Shown here in pieces: positions 38,051 to 51,119 of a DNA stretch of 64,000 nt (within the stretch, counting starts at the first letter, position 1; every line of letters starts with the position of its first letter). The notes below the pieces were generated by a model that saw only the letters and a program-made list of their open reading frames with translations, was not told the DNA's origin and searched no databases. Origin of the DNA: Fistulifera solaris. Taxonomy: Eukaryota. The stretch is taken from the NCBI GenBank assembly GCA_030295235.1, contig AP026125.1, positions 1,922,001-1,986,000 on the forward strand. The letters run 5' to 3'. The translations under genes and the position numbers were made by a program.

Positions 38051-40918
38051 CTAGACTTCGGGAGCGGGATGGCCACTTGGGCGACGACCAGCGCGAGCCT
38101 GCGAAGGAGCATTCTGTGCCTGTCCAGTGACGGCACGGCTCAGGTTAGTCTTGTTCTGTCCCAACGGAGCGGAAGCTCGACCTTGTGGCTTTTTCGGCAC
38201 TCCACCAGAGCGGAAATCAGTCGTGTGGAGGCTGCCAATTTCAATGTCGGGCTTGTTTTGCTTTCGTTCGATCTCATCCTCGAGCATGAATGTCTTCAAA
38301 GCAACAAGCTTACTCTTCGAGTCTTTCTTGATATTCTTGCGCGACACAGGTGGCTTCTTTACGACAGTCGGGCGCTTTTGAACAAACGGCCATCCTAGGA
38401 TATAGGGATTCAAGATGATAGGAACAATGAAACACATTGCGGCAAGAACGAATGGCGGACCAGCGAAAAGTGCGTGACCAACAAGATCGGTAGTAGGCAT
38501 GGTGGTGTAGTCCCAATCCTGTTCTTGCAAGACTGTCGCATAAGCCAGACCAGCGATGAACAACGCAATGGCCCAACTACTCGAGTTGAATTTCGCCATT
38601 TCCCAAAACGCGGTGCAGCGAGAAATGGTAATTGAGTCTTTGTTGGTCGCAGAGCAAATGTTGGGACGCGACAGCATGTGGTCCATGGATCCCAAGAAGA
38701 AGAAGGTCAATGTGGCAACCGTGTAAAACAGGATCTGGAACGTGAAGCAGTATCGCAATTCGGTAGCGATCAATCGACAGGTACCACCAAATCGCTTTCG
38801 GTACTCCGGGAACAACAAGTTTTTGTTAATGGAATACATTCGCACCATCGAGATGATGAAGGTGATATATCCAATGATGTAGTACACGAGAAAGTTGAGA
38901 ACAATAATTCCAGCGGGCGAAAATGCCTGGAGGCTGGTGATATCGTTTTCGCTGTCAAGAAGACGAGCGATGGCGGCCGCCGAGAACACAATCAAGTAGG
39001 TACCACCAGATGCATAGGAGCACAAGTAGGAAACAAGGAAGACCTTGTAGTACGACGGAATATCGCATTTCAAAAATGTTCGAAAGAGCGGAGTAAAGAC
39101 GCCGCCACCAATCATGTCTTGAAAGGAATTGAAAACTAGTTCGTGAGCACCGAGAGCGAACTTTCGGTGACGACCAGCTTCTTCATCAAATGTGCGGGTG
39201 ATACCTTCCTCAAATTCACAATCAGGGTACGCACAGTATCGTCCGTTGAACCCGAGGTTGTAGAGATGAATCATCAATTCAAAGTCCTCGGAAACATGAC
39301 TTTCCGACCAGTACTCGATGCGATTGGCACTCGACAAGTTGGAAAAGCCAACTTGATCCACCGGAAGAAACGGCAAACCAATGTTATTGAGCCAGCGCTG
39401 CGCGCTTCGTAGGTTCCGCATTCGACCGCATTGGCGCACAGCTTCTGTGCGCAGGAAAATGGAATGGCCGACCAACGGAGGGTGGCAACCGAGAATACTT
39501 GAAAGAAGAAAATGCCCTTGGTAGAGCGCATCCGTATACACGGTCAACATGCGGGTATAGTACGTTTCTTGGCGTTGCTCGCACATGGTTTTGGTCGCGT
39601 GTTGCGTAAATCCCAAGCTCTTATCGTTTAAAAATTCAGGCACCGTTTTGAAGATCACACTTTGGGCCATACGAGCATCGGCATCGTTGATACAAATCAG
39701 ATGACCCAAGCGAATATCATTGCCAAACATCATGTAACGGGAGCCGTCTTCGTTGTGCGATTCATTCAATAAAGCGCTTTCAAAGTCACTAAATTCGCCT
39801 TCGCTGGATTCAGAGACTAGCTGAGCGGCTCCGAGAGCCAATCGTAAATGCGAGTTGAGGTTGGAAGCCTTCTTGAATTTACCTCGACGATCCACAGTCG
39901 ATCGGGCAACGAAGCCGATTTCGTAGTGATAGTAGTACAACATGCGATGGAAGACTTCGTAGACACTTCGGCTACGCAATCCTTTCAAGTGGTGACGAGA
40001 CGCACGCGGTACGAGCTTGAGCAGCTTTCCCAGCTTAATGACACGACCTTCGGTCTTGACAACAGTCTCCCACAACATTTCCGCTGCGGGGAAATTATCT
40101 TTCAAGTAGCTCATCATCCCGTCATCACAAACTACAATGTTGCACCGGGCTCCCGTTTTCTTGATGTAGTAGTCACGCGAGGCCTGGCAGGATTTGAGCG
40201 TCGGCATGAGTACTTCCAGCAGAGATTCCTTGTACACCGGAATCTGGATCGTAACCTCCAGCCACTCCGCTCCATCGGGTTTCTTCTCTGGCAAGATCGA
40301 GCTATACTTTGTATTTGAAGTGAAGGCCTTTGCCGGAATAAAGCATTTGAAGATTGATCCGATCGTAAAGTAAGTATTCCAAAATAGCCCTAGAAAGGAG
40401 AGCAGCGCAAGAATGACTTCGATTAGGATCCTTGCAATAGAGCTGTAGCTCCAAATTGCATTGAAGAGAAGAGCTCCTATCAAAAGGACCGTGATGGTAA
40501 ATGCCAATGTACTCGCATACTTTGCAATTTGCAGAGGCTCCTCCGGGCGATTCGACCGACGATTGGCGGGTTTACTGAAGGGAGAACCAGGAATCAAAGA
40601 GGCATCATTATCAAGCAAACGCTTGTTGGGGTTGACAAAGACACGTCGGTTGTTCTCCAAAGCTTCTTCAGATTCATTCAACAAACGATCATCCTGAGAG
40701 TCTTCTGAGAAAAGACTCGCGGCTTCATCGTCATCTTCATCCAGAGTTCCCATTTTGAGTTCGTTGAAGATATCATCGAGATCCACCGGGCCGGCATTGC
40801 TGCGGTTTTGTCGAGGCTGACGACGGAAACTTGCCTGTCGCGCAGATCCGAGGCGATCTCCTGTTTCTTCGTCCATTTCGTACGAGTCCGCTTCCTGAAT
40901 CATCTTGGCAGCGGGCAT
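38051..40918 (-). CDS. Multi-TM glycosyltransferase family 2 protein
   Basis: IQIPVYKE, CDDG, FKKASNLN, DAD, VGH, VSEDF; 2 N-terminal and several C-terminal TM helices; intact 955-aa ORF. Confidence 0.88.
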   Translation of the reverse strand: MPAAKMIQEADSYEMDEETGDRLGSARQASFRRQPRQNRSNAGPVDLDDIFNELKMGTLDEDDDEAASLFSEDSQDDRLLNESEEALENNRRVFVNPNKRLLDNDASLIPGSPFSKPANRRSNRPEEPLQIAKYASTLAFTITVLLIGALLFNAIWSYSSIARILIEVILALLSFLGLFWNTYFTIGSIFKCFIPAKAFTSNTKYSSILPEKKPDGAEWLEVTIQIPVYKESLLEVLMPTLKSCQASRDYYIKKTGARCNIVVCDDGMMSYLKDNFPAAEMLWETVVKTEGRVIKLGKLLKLVPRASRHHLKGLRSRSVYEVFHRMLYYYHYEIGFVARSTVDRRGKFKKASNLNSHLRLALGAAQLVSESSEGEFSDFESALLNESHNEDGSRYMMFGNDIRLGHLICINDADARMAQSVIFKTVPEFLNDKSLGFTQHATKTMCEQRQETYYTRMLTVYTDALYQGHFLLSSILGCHPPLVGHSIFLRTEAVRQCGRMRNLRSAQRWLNNIGLPFLPVDQVGFSNLSSANRIEYWSESHVSEDFELMIHLYNLGFNGRYCAYPDCEFEEGITRTFDEEAGRHRKFALGAHELVFNSFQDMIGGGVFTPLFRTFLKCDIPSYYKVFLVSYLCSYASGGTYLIVFSAAAIARLLDSENDITSLQAFSPAGIIVLNFLVYYIIGYITFIISMVRMYSINKNLLFPEYRKRFGGTCRLIATELRYCFTFQILFYTVATLTFFFLGSMDHMLSRPNICSATNKDSITISRCTAFWEMAKFNSSSWAIALFIAGLAYATVLQEQDWDYTTMPTTDLVGHALFAGPPFVLAAMCFIVPIILNPYILGWPFVQKRPTVVKKPPVSRKNIKKDSKSKLVALKTFMLEDEIERKQNKPDIEIGSLHTTDFRSGGVPKKPQGRASAPLGQNKTNLSRAVTGQAQNAPSQARAGRRPSGHPAPEV

Positions 40919-41529
40919 TTCAAAGGGTAATACGAAAGACTAGAGATTTTATGTGTTATGAGGTTGAATAAGTTGACAAGGAACAACTTTTGGAAACTGT
41001 CGGGAAACGAAAATGATTGCTGTCCAAAGACGTCGCATAGGAAACGGCTCCGTCCCTTGTTCCGTCCACTCCGAGATTGAGTCTTGTCTCGTTACGTGGT
41101 ATGGTACTCCAAGCACTATTCTTTAATCGAGTGTCTCAGCATTTTGTAGAACGTGTGACACGCTCCTTTTAAACAATTCAGTCATGGACGAAAACACTGT
41201 GACAAATCGAACTAAATTCGAACCGTTGGTCGTCTAAGTAGTTTGAATTTTCGATAGTGACTTAACCGTCACAAACCGTATCCTACGTTTCCGAGTTCGG
41301 CGAGAAACGTGGAACGGACAACAGACAGAAAACGGCACTGACAGTGGACCAAGATGTAGGATTGCTTCTTGGATGCTATCATGGAACACAACTTCGTACC
41401 GGTACCCACAGCCTTCTTCAAAACATTTCGCATGTTGGTGTCAATTTTTGACTCTTTCAAAGAAATGCACAACGCAATGATCATCCTTGCTTGTAATAAG
41501 ACCCTATAAATAAGAAACATAACAGGTCA

Positions 41530-42830
41530 ATGCTTAACGAAAGATATGATATAGGCGATATGGTCGGGGAGGGGTCCTTCGGAAGCGTTTTCGTTGCCTC
41601 TTCCAAGGAATCGGGTGAAAAGGTAATGATGCTCGTAGGAATATTCGATATGAAATACAATGTCTTTGGCTTTACAAGAAATCTAATCCATTTATTTGAC
41701 ATAGCGAGCGCTCAAGCTTTTGAAGGATACCTATACATTTGAAGAAATTATTAATTTACGAGAATTTCAATCGATTCAGATTGCTGGATACCATCCATTC
41801 ATTGTTGAGCTCTTTGAGGTTCACCGCGTCAAGTACTCTTCTGCTACTGTCTTCGTGTTTGAATACATGCCCGACGGGTCTTTGCATTCACTCCTGTATC
41901 ATCGATTTACCAACAAACTCGGTCCACCCGAAGATGCTTTTATTCGTCGCACAACTCATCAAGTACTCCAGGCCTTAGAACATTTGCATAGCCGAGGATG
42001 GATGCACCGTGATGTCAAACCAGGTACGAAACCAAAATGACGATGTACAAGTCAGGGCTACTCGGTGCTGTCTCTCTCACTGTTTCTCTACGTGGCCAGA
42101 CAACCTTTTACTCAAAGGAGACACGTGCAAGTTGGCGGACTTCTCATTGGCGCGACCATGCAGCCACTTGCATCAAGACGTTGGCGGCGGCGGCCCGATG
42201 ACACAGTCTGTCGCGACGCTTTGGTATCGATCTCCCGAAATAGTACTGTTGGCTCATGATTATTCTGCTCCGGCTGATATATTCGGTCTGGGATGTGTAG
42301 CCGCTGAAATGTTTCGACTGAAACCCCTCTTTCCTTCTCGAAACGATGCTGATATGTTGTGGCGCTTACTGAAAATGTTGGGAAACCCGATCGCATCCGG
42401 GTGGAAACAGGGACAGGCTCTCCTCGAAAAGCGTGGACCATATTTGGAAATCGACCCAAAAGACTTTTTGAACGAAGATTTTCGGAGCAATCTGACGGAC
42501 TGGCTAAGTTCTGGTGCTGTGAAACGAGATCCAGGGCCCCTGCTTGATTTGTTGATAGGAATGCTGAACATGAATCCAAGTAGCAGGCTCACTGCCAGCC
42601 AAGCTTTGCAGAACCCGTACTTCCATCAAAGTCCAAGCCATCAGGCATGGAAAAGTCCCTCTGCTGTTCCTACCAAACATCACGATTTAGAAATCGCAAG
42701 TAGCGTCGTCACAACTTCGCCGCACCTAGAAGACGGAAGTGGTCATACCAGCCCTTTTGGTTGCGACCAATCCATCAAGAACAGCTCGCGCCAATACCCT
42801 CCAAAACTTGTGCTGAAACGTTGCAAGTAA
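41530..42830 (+). CDS. CMGC-group Ser/Thr protein kinase (MAK/CDK-like)
   Basis: GEGSFGSV, RALK, NLRE, HRDVKP|DNLLL, DFSLAR, TLWYRSPE. Introns 41623-41704 and 42024-42099. Confidence 0.9.
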
Positions 42831-42883
42831 TCTTTCATCATGTTAGGCATCATGCGCAGCCGGCGTGATGTAAATTAAATGTA

Positions 42884-45800
42884 CTAGAATGAGTAAGCCA
42901 TTTCGCTCTTTTGCCTTTTACCGATATATTCGTTCATGCTTTGGCATCGTAGAAATAGCTGCATAACGAGATCAAAGTCCTTGACCGCAAGAGCAAAGTG
43001 CTTCGTATGGTCGTCAACATCTTTCTGAGACAGAAAAGGACTCAGCCCCGAATATCGCATCTGTTTCACCTTGAAGAATCTATTTTCATCCAACACAATC
43101 GTAGGCTCTGTTTTCTCCAATTCCGTTGGAGAGGATTCCTCTATCCAAAAGCAGCACGAAGATATTCCTGCGACAAGTTCATTGACGAACGAACTGCATA
43201 GCTGAGACAGCTTATCGAAACGAGACACCTTCAAATCATCAGCTGACTGTTGCAGCATGCTATCAAATAGCCATAGATCAGGCTGTAAGCTACGACCTAT
43301 AACGCTTCCCAAAGTTTGCGCCAGATGTAGAATCTGCAGCCGGAGTGCTTTGGTCATATCTTCTGGGTTTTCCGAGTTGGTCCTACCGACCTCCTCTTTG
43401 TTCGACAAGGAGGCGGCTAGAATCACTCTCCCCACGTCCAAGTCGACCAGGGTTATATCATCCGGAAGGTCACGGATCAAGTCCAGCATCCCGGGGTCTT
43501 CCGATGGAATCCCAATAATAAATGGAGCTGGATACTGGAGAAGATCCGACGCAAGTGCTGTAGGTACTCTTGGTACAAATAGATGGCACCACTGAAGAGG
43601 TTTCAGTAGTTCAACAATGGCTGTCGCTGCTGAGAGCAGAATACTTCTGCGACTCGACGAAAATACAATCTTTTGTTCAAGCAACGCTGAAACAAAGAGA
43701 AGCGCCAATGGAACAGGAGGCAGACTATCAATCAGCTGATTTCCAGCAAGTTGAATAAACGTAGCTTTTTGCGCATCGCTGGGGAGATTAACCCAAGGCT
43801 TCGACGACAAGCTGAGAAAGGGCCTAAGAAACCCCGACAAGACATGTCCCTCATTCTCTTGACTGCCAAAACTGTGTAGTATATCAACAAGCTGCGGGGT
43901 CGTTTCATTGTCAAGCACAAGAGACGAAGAAAAAGACCTTACGAGAGTGGACATTGTTTCCCGCATGGCCGGGATGACGTTCCGCTGGCTCACTAAAGCA
44001 AGACCTATGACAGGTTCAGAACAAGTAGAGACAGACGCTGTCGAGTCGTTTACTTTCTGCTTGAAATCGCTTGCTTGATTGATCGCTTCAAGAGCTTCTC
44101 GCAAAGCAGACGACTCATCTTCAGAAAGTGGGACTTTGGAAGAATTTTCCGATTTCTTACTCTGTGATTGAGAGCGGAAGACAAGCGAAACACCATAGAG
44201 CGAAGACTCGCCATTTTCTGACGAAGCATCAGCCCTGGGAACCATGAAGTTAACTATCGATAAATCCCATCCGGCAATCTGATAACACGAGGAAGACTCT
44301 TGGCAACTTCCCCAGAGTATTTGACGACGATCCTGTGACACAGTCGCATAGGCTTCGAGAGTCGGCAAAATCTCGGCCGGTTGCAGGGAACCCAAGGCAT
44401 CGTCGGTCAGAGATTCACAACAAAACCTCTTTAGCTGATCGACATCGCCAGCGACTGAACCGAAAACGACGGCACACTCAGCGTTATGCACATTAATATC
44501 ACGAGGTAGGACGACATCTGTATTGGGCTTATTGACATCAATTGTAGGTTGCAACGACGGTTTGTGAGGTGTGACGCCATTCGGCCACTGCACCTTTCGC
44601 AGAAATCGTTTGATACACCCATTGGGCAAGGTCGGAGAGCTCAACACAGAATTGTCATCAATTTGGACCCTGCTTTTTAGTAGCTCCTCGCAAAGCCACT
44701 CGTGAAACTTGTGGGCCTGAAACTTCGAGTGATGCTTCTCCCAATAATCATGAATAAGTTCATCCGACAAACCTCGTGCAATATCCAGCAAGTCTTCATT
44801 CACAGAAAGTGTGCCATCCGTACCATCCGAGTTCAAGGACAGGTTGCTTACATAGTAAGCGAATCTTGAAAAATATTCTCCATCATGCTGGTCACCCAAA
44901 CCAGGAGCTAGAAACACTTCCCAAAAATGCCCAAGAGCGCGCTTCAGATCTTGAGCGTTTGTAGTTGGCTGCTTCCATTCCTGATTCAATAATGGGAGAA
45001 TCGAACTCTGTAGATAAAGATAGGCACACAAGTTCATGGCTGCATCTTCTATTCTTCTAGGGCGCGTGGTTGTGGACTCTCCTCCCTTTCGGACGCCGGC
45101 ATTGTTTTGCTCCAGCAAATCATCATTTTCGCCAAAGGGTTCTTGATCAGTCAACGTTAGTAAATATATCAACACGAAGAGCATATAATTTTGGGCGAAA
45201 GAGCGCTGTTGTTGACCGTCATCAGATTCCGATGTAATTTGCTTTACCACATTATCGAATGGAATATTCACAAAGGGTGCTGTATTCCGAAGATAGGCCC
45301 GCATTCTGGCGCATTCGTTCGAGACCAAAAACGAGAGGAATGGAGTTTCGAAGGATAGCGAGTCAGCGATAGTGCGCTGGAACTCTGTAAAGGTATCTTT
45401 TGCCAGCAGTTTTGGATCCTTTAAAGCCGACTCAAGAGAACGCAGTGCTTTATCAGAAACAATGTGATGAAAATCAAAAGTCGGTGGCACAAGTACGAAG
45501 TTGTCGACCTTTGATGGAAGAAAATATTGGCGCGCAATTCGATCCGCAATTTCTTTGCGTCGTTTACTTGATAATAAGGGAAATACGGCAGAATAATTGA
45601 GCATGTCCGAAAACATCTTCAACATGGCATCGCTAACACTGAAAGCTTCACGATTGTCCTGATTTGACGTAGTTTCAGTATCAGTTTCTTTGCCAGAGAC
45701 ATGTATTTGCGCAAAGTGTCGTGCGAGAAAAGGGAAACGTCGACAGTCGATAACGCAAACCAAAAACGCATTTCTTAGCGCAGATCGAAAGCTAACACTT

Positions 45801-47243
45801 GTGGCGGCGAGTTGCGTGAGATCGTTTTGAATGTCCTCATAACCCACTTCATTGCATCTCTTTGCCACGTGCGACAGAACACACGATCGCAACGATTCCG
45901 CAGGAGTACCTGGATTTAAGAACTCATCAACAGAATCCAGTAATTCAACCGGCACATCCTCAATAGTCCCTATTGTGTTGTCTCCAACCTTGCTTTCTTC
46001 GAGTCCGTCAAAACTGGTCGGCGAAATAAGTTCCATCTTATCCGTGGACCGATCACCCTCCTCTTCTTCATTGCTGCTACCTGGTCCAGTTTCCTGATCT
46101 TCCGAGTCATCATCACTATCGGTCGAGGTGTCGTCATGTTGCGGACTTACGTCATGGACCGTACTATCCAAAATCCGATAATGATGCAACAACCCTAAAC
46201 ATGCATCCAAATAGGTGATGCGATTGATGGGAATCTCGGAACTAATTCCACACGTGGATAGTATCAGATGCACGGGACGCGCCGCCGAAGCAATGGTCTG
46301 GGGCACAACCCAAATATTCGATTTTCGAACATCCACCGATCCTACCGACAGCAATGCATCCCCCACATAGATGACACCCGATCGTTCGGCCGAACCGCGA
46401 TGTACCAAATAATCCACATAAACACCTTGATGCTTCAAATAGGTTTGTTTCAAATTCACACCGAGCATTCCGCGACCCAACAGCATGACAAATTCATTGG
46501 GTGGACGATTCTTGCCCATGAGTGCTTGCATATGCGCCGCATGCGGACTCGACATGATGCGCGTCATTTGGGACGGAATTGGTTTCGTCCGATGATTCCG
46601 TTTGCGGCGGGGGTTCACTCTGCGTGCTGTTTTCCCGATTGTATCGTCCACGAAAGTAAGTTGTATTCTGTTGCACCGAATCGAGTACATTGGTTGCTGC
46701 CCATTGCAACGCAGTGACACTTCTGCGGCTGTAGTGTGAATCGTCCGTGGTGTCTCTTGGAGATGCTTCGTCCTGATCGTCTTCTTCCACGATTTCAATA
46801 ACATTTGATTCTTCTGGATTCGATGATTTGGCAAAGAAAGGGGAAGGTACTTCGGCGGACGGTTTAATTGTACCAGAGACTGACGAATGCGTTGCATTTT
46901 TGTTGTTGTTGTTACTCATCATGGAAGTCGGTGGTGAGCTGTTGGAGCGACGAAACAAGGTTGCTACAGCGGTATCTTTGGCCTGTTGCCCCCAATGCGA
47001 AAATCGATTCATCAAAATTTGTCCAGGATCTTCGGCGGATGTAGAGTGACGCTTATCACTCTTCTTGGGGGTGACGAGCGATGGTGAAGGATTTGTGACG
47101 AGATTTTCTTGTGATAGCTGGGCTTCAGATATGCTAGACGTTTCCGGAGGATGAGATGAGGACACGGCGCTGTCGTTGCCTCCTTCAAACGAAGCGGTGT
47201 CGTTTGTATTTGCGGGCGTGTCTTCCTGATTGGCGCTCGACAT
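42884..47243 (-). CDS. PDZ + DENN domain protein (putative Rab GEF)
   Basis: PDZ-like GMLGVNL...GSAERSGVIYVGDALLSVG; DENN core ALLEQKIVFSS...LLKPLQWCHLFVPRVP...PAPFIIG...LVDLD. One frameshift near the 5' end. Confidence 0.85.
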
Positions 47244-47395
47244 TGCTGTGCCTATCTCCGACTCGACTATTGAGGACAAAATGACGTAATGTTTTGATTT
47301 GTCTTCTTTTATAGGCACAAACGTGTGACTACGAGTGTTTATAAAAATGAGCGACAGCGCGTCGATACAAAAAACAATAAAAAATCAATCGCATC

Positions 47396-47891
47396 GAACC
47401 CTTTGTTGTTCGGTTCATGACCACTGTACAATCCAGTCTTGCCTGGCGTAAACCAACACTCCCTTTTATAGTGGAAATTCACGTGTCGATCCTCGGATAT
47501 TTTCGACGTGAAAACAAAAGAAACTCTTAACGAGTAGTTCAGAGTTATCATTGTTGCGACTTCATTTAAATGTAATTATAATCTTATTCGCAGTTGAATG
47601 ACAATCGACGGATGCGAGATGCGAGAGACGCAAAACAACGGAACCCCTTTGTTGTTCGGTTCATGACTACTGAACAATCCAGTCTTGGCTGGCGTAAACC
47701 AACACTCCCTTTTATAGTGGAAATTAACGTGTCGATCCTCGGATATTTTCGACGTGAAAACAAAAGAAACTCTTAACAGGAAAGGACATTAAAATTCTGC
47801 CTCTCAGTACAAATTTCTACGTAGCGCCTACGGCGAGGCAGAATTTTAACGCCCTTTCCAGGTACAAGTAGTTCAGAGTTATCATTGTTGC
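47396..47891. repeat. ~160-bp direct duplication (period ~245 bp); second copy interrupted by a hairpin insertion
   Basis: 47396-47558 recurs at 47641-47891, with extra sequence at 47778-47865. Confidence 0.9.
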
Positions 47892-48633
47892 GCATGGAAT
47901 CCTCCCGCCTATACACGTTAAACCACAGTAAATTTAGTTTCGACAATACCGAACGATTTTCAACGTCGATGATCGAGCTGTTGTTAGCAAAAGTGATTCA
48001 TCATGTCATCTAGCAGCGATCATAGGTCTAGGAAAACAGTTGTTTTGGAGTGAGGTATTTTTCACTGGAATGCGACAAACAGGAGAACTGTTGTGCCTCG
48101 TGACTGGAGCTCAGTCTTGAAAAATGTCTCCTACATGTTGAACTATAGTAAATTCTAATGCGAGCAGAACTAAACAATTTTGACGTCGATGATCGAGCTG
48201 TTGTTTGCAAATGTAATTCATAGTTCATCACATCACCTACTGCAGCAGCATCCAATCGCTAGCGCGGGACATGCAAAATCGTAGGGATGTGAAAATACAA
48301 GAATGGGCAATAAACTGTTTTAGCTTATGACTCGGGAGACTTCCGTTAGGTCTCCAACCAGGGTGAACCTCTTCCGATAGCTCTCCCGTTAGGAGAGACG
48401 TTAACTGACTACATTCAACTTTACAGTAGAGTACGCGCCATTGGATGTGGTACTAATTACTTAAAGGCCTTCCATCCATCATTAGTTCTACTTAGGTCAC
48501 GCACAATAACCGCACAATCGTTCGCGTTGTGCGTTTGTTCCGTTCCGACTGCCGACAAGATGATCAGAACGCTGCATTCCTTATTGTCATAGTTGCCCTT
48601 CCGTTCCTACTGTTGCTCTTTTACAACATTAAC

Positions 48634-51119
48634 ATGTCGATCATTGAAGCGAAGGGCGGCGATCATTCGTCCGCGATTATGCAAAAATATGGGGCACTTC
48701 CTCCAACCGGTCCGTATGATTTTGAAAAGTTTCTCTATGACAAACCGATCCCTGAGGATGATCACGAGGAGCTTCTCCGCAGCATCGCTTTTGTGTACGA
48801 TCGAAAGCTCTTACGAGATGTCAGCAAGCACGGAGAAAGCCCTTGCTACGTGTGCACTTGCTGCAAAACGTTCTCACTTAAGTTCAAGGAAGAAAACGGC
48901 GAACTTCGATTGCTACGACCATCCTAGTACTAACTTCAGGCACAGTTTGTTTTGCACTCCAACAAACGACCTCCCAAAGGACTGCCGCAGAAAATCAATG
49001 ATAGTGCAGAACATTCCTGCTGTTCAAGACTTCTTCAAAACATGCTTCCAGGCACCAAACTTCGACAGTCATGCTACTCGCAAGAATCTCAACGCCGTCC
49101 TCAGGAAAGAGGGTTTCGACATCGAAGTTGGCCCGACAATGCATTCAAATCTCAAGAAACACTTCCGTGAGGTCTACCGAAAGGATTTGTTGATGTACAA
49201 TGAGCTGTTGGCCCAGTATCTTCGGAAATATGTCGAGCTAAATCCAAATGCCTCCGTCAATTTAGAAACTGACCAGAACTCATGCTTTTTTCGGTCAACT
49301 GTGTTCATTGAGAATGCCGCGCACTTCTTTAGAAATGCCTGCATTCCTGCAATCTTTTAGACGGAACACACATCCGTATACCCGAACACGATGGAATTGG
49401 AGTCCCGATCATAGGGGTCGATGGAAATGGAAGTAACATTCCACTTGGTTTTGGGTTGATTCCCTCGGAAAACAAGCAAGGGATGATATATATCCTTCTC
49501 ATGATGTATCAAGCTGGGTTCAATTTCGAAGAGTTTCCAGTATTCACTGACCGAGGACACATTCTCGCCGCTGTCCGAGCGTTGGCAGAACATTATGGAC
49601 TGGTTGTTTCCGTGAAGTATTGCTTGATTCATATTCTTCAAACATTTACCATCTATTCAATATCAATCAACGATCGCTGAGAGGGCAGAGCGGTCGCTTG
49701 GTTTATCATAGCGAGATGCAAAGCTCCAGATGTTAACGCCTTCTTGGATGCTGCGAAGAAGCTTGTCAAAGCGCTTCCACAAATTGAAGAAAACGAAACT
49801 CTTAGTACCGGTGCGCGAATTGTTATCTATGTTCTTGGGACAATTCATCCTACTCATTGGACTGTGTTTGGAAATACACCGAGTCAACATGAATCTATGT
49901 GGGAGCCCCTATATTTTACCTATCTAGCTGAAGTGAATGGCTTCACAGAGATAAGTGGAGACGTCGGCGAATGGAGGTGGTTGCTCAACGATCACGTGCC
50001 AGTTGGAAACAAGTTCCCTTTATATGGTTTCTGTTCAACAAATCATGTCGAATCGGCCCAGCAGTGGCTTCTACATCATGAAGTGAGGACTAATACCCCT
50101 CCACTAGCCATTTCTAACTTTTTTGATGGCGGCTGCCGAATCTCTTCGACAATTTCGAGATGAAATAACAACCAAATCTGCTAGGTTCCTCACCATATAC
50201 TTTCGGAAGCTTGCAAGATACAGGCAATGAAGATCTAGATTTTGTAATAGAGGATGCTGAAGGATGCCCGATGGCAGTTTGAAATTCAAATTATGCAGCT
50301 GAAAAGCACAAGAAGACGGAGTATGTTACTTATGAACCCACGAGCACTCCGTCCCTGTACTGCTCCTGCAGTAGAACAGCGATGCGGAAATCTACTGCGG
50401 CCACATCAACCTTGTTTCACGTACAAGATCCTCAACTTGGCCCTCAATCCCACCCTCTGTGTTTTCGCGAATTCTACGAAGAGTTTGGAAAAGTTCCGAC
50501 AAGTGGTGATCGTCAGCTTCCTTACAGAGTTTCTTAACAACTATCCGCTGACTTGACGTCCCGGGATTTGGGGATATCAAGCTTGCTTATCAATCAGAAA
50601 ACATTTATCCATCACCAACTTACACTGACAAGCTTAACTCGGGGAACAGAATAATCAGTAATGGTGAACCGGGACCACGTAAGTCAAAGAAAAAGAAGCA
50701 ATCGGCGCTGGAATCAGCACGAATGACAAAGGAGTATGAGCCAAGTTCAAAGAACAAGCTCAGTCGAAATAACGATGCAATAGCAGAAGCGATTGCCGCC
50801 CGATGGTCTGTTTGATTTTGGGACCAAACCAAAGGCGGAACACATGCAACAGCTAGAATCAACTCTTGGACGCAAACGTAGAGACGGCAAGCCCTTACCT
50901 CGGCACTGCTTTCACTGCAGATCACCGAATCACACAATTCGACAGTGTCTGGACTACCTCAAAGATGATCGAAGGTACATGGATCCTGCATTACTTGAAA
51001 CTGGCGCAATTCTGGTCAACCATTTCCCAACATGCGTCATTGACATGGATGCAGGAATTACTTCTGAAGATTTGGACAACGATGATACCTCCGGGAGGAC
51101 ATGGCCTTCACAATATTGA
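48634..51119 (+). CDS. MULE transposase (DDE + SWIM + zinc knuckle), multiply frameshifted
   Basis: LDGTH (~49357), FTDRG, CLIH, STNHVES; SWIM-like LYCSC...YCGH (~50356-50405); CFHCRSPNHTIRQC (~50906-50950). The 3' end is uncertain and may continue into the Ulp1 region. Confidence 0.85.
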
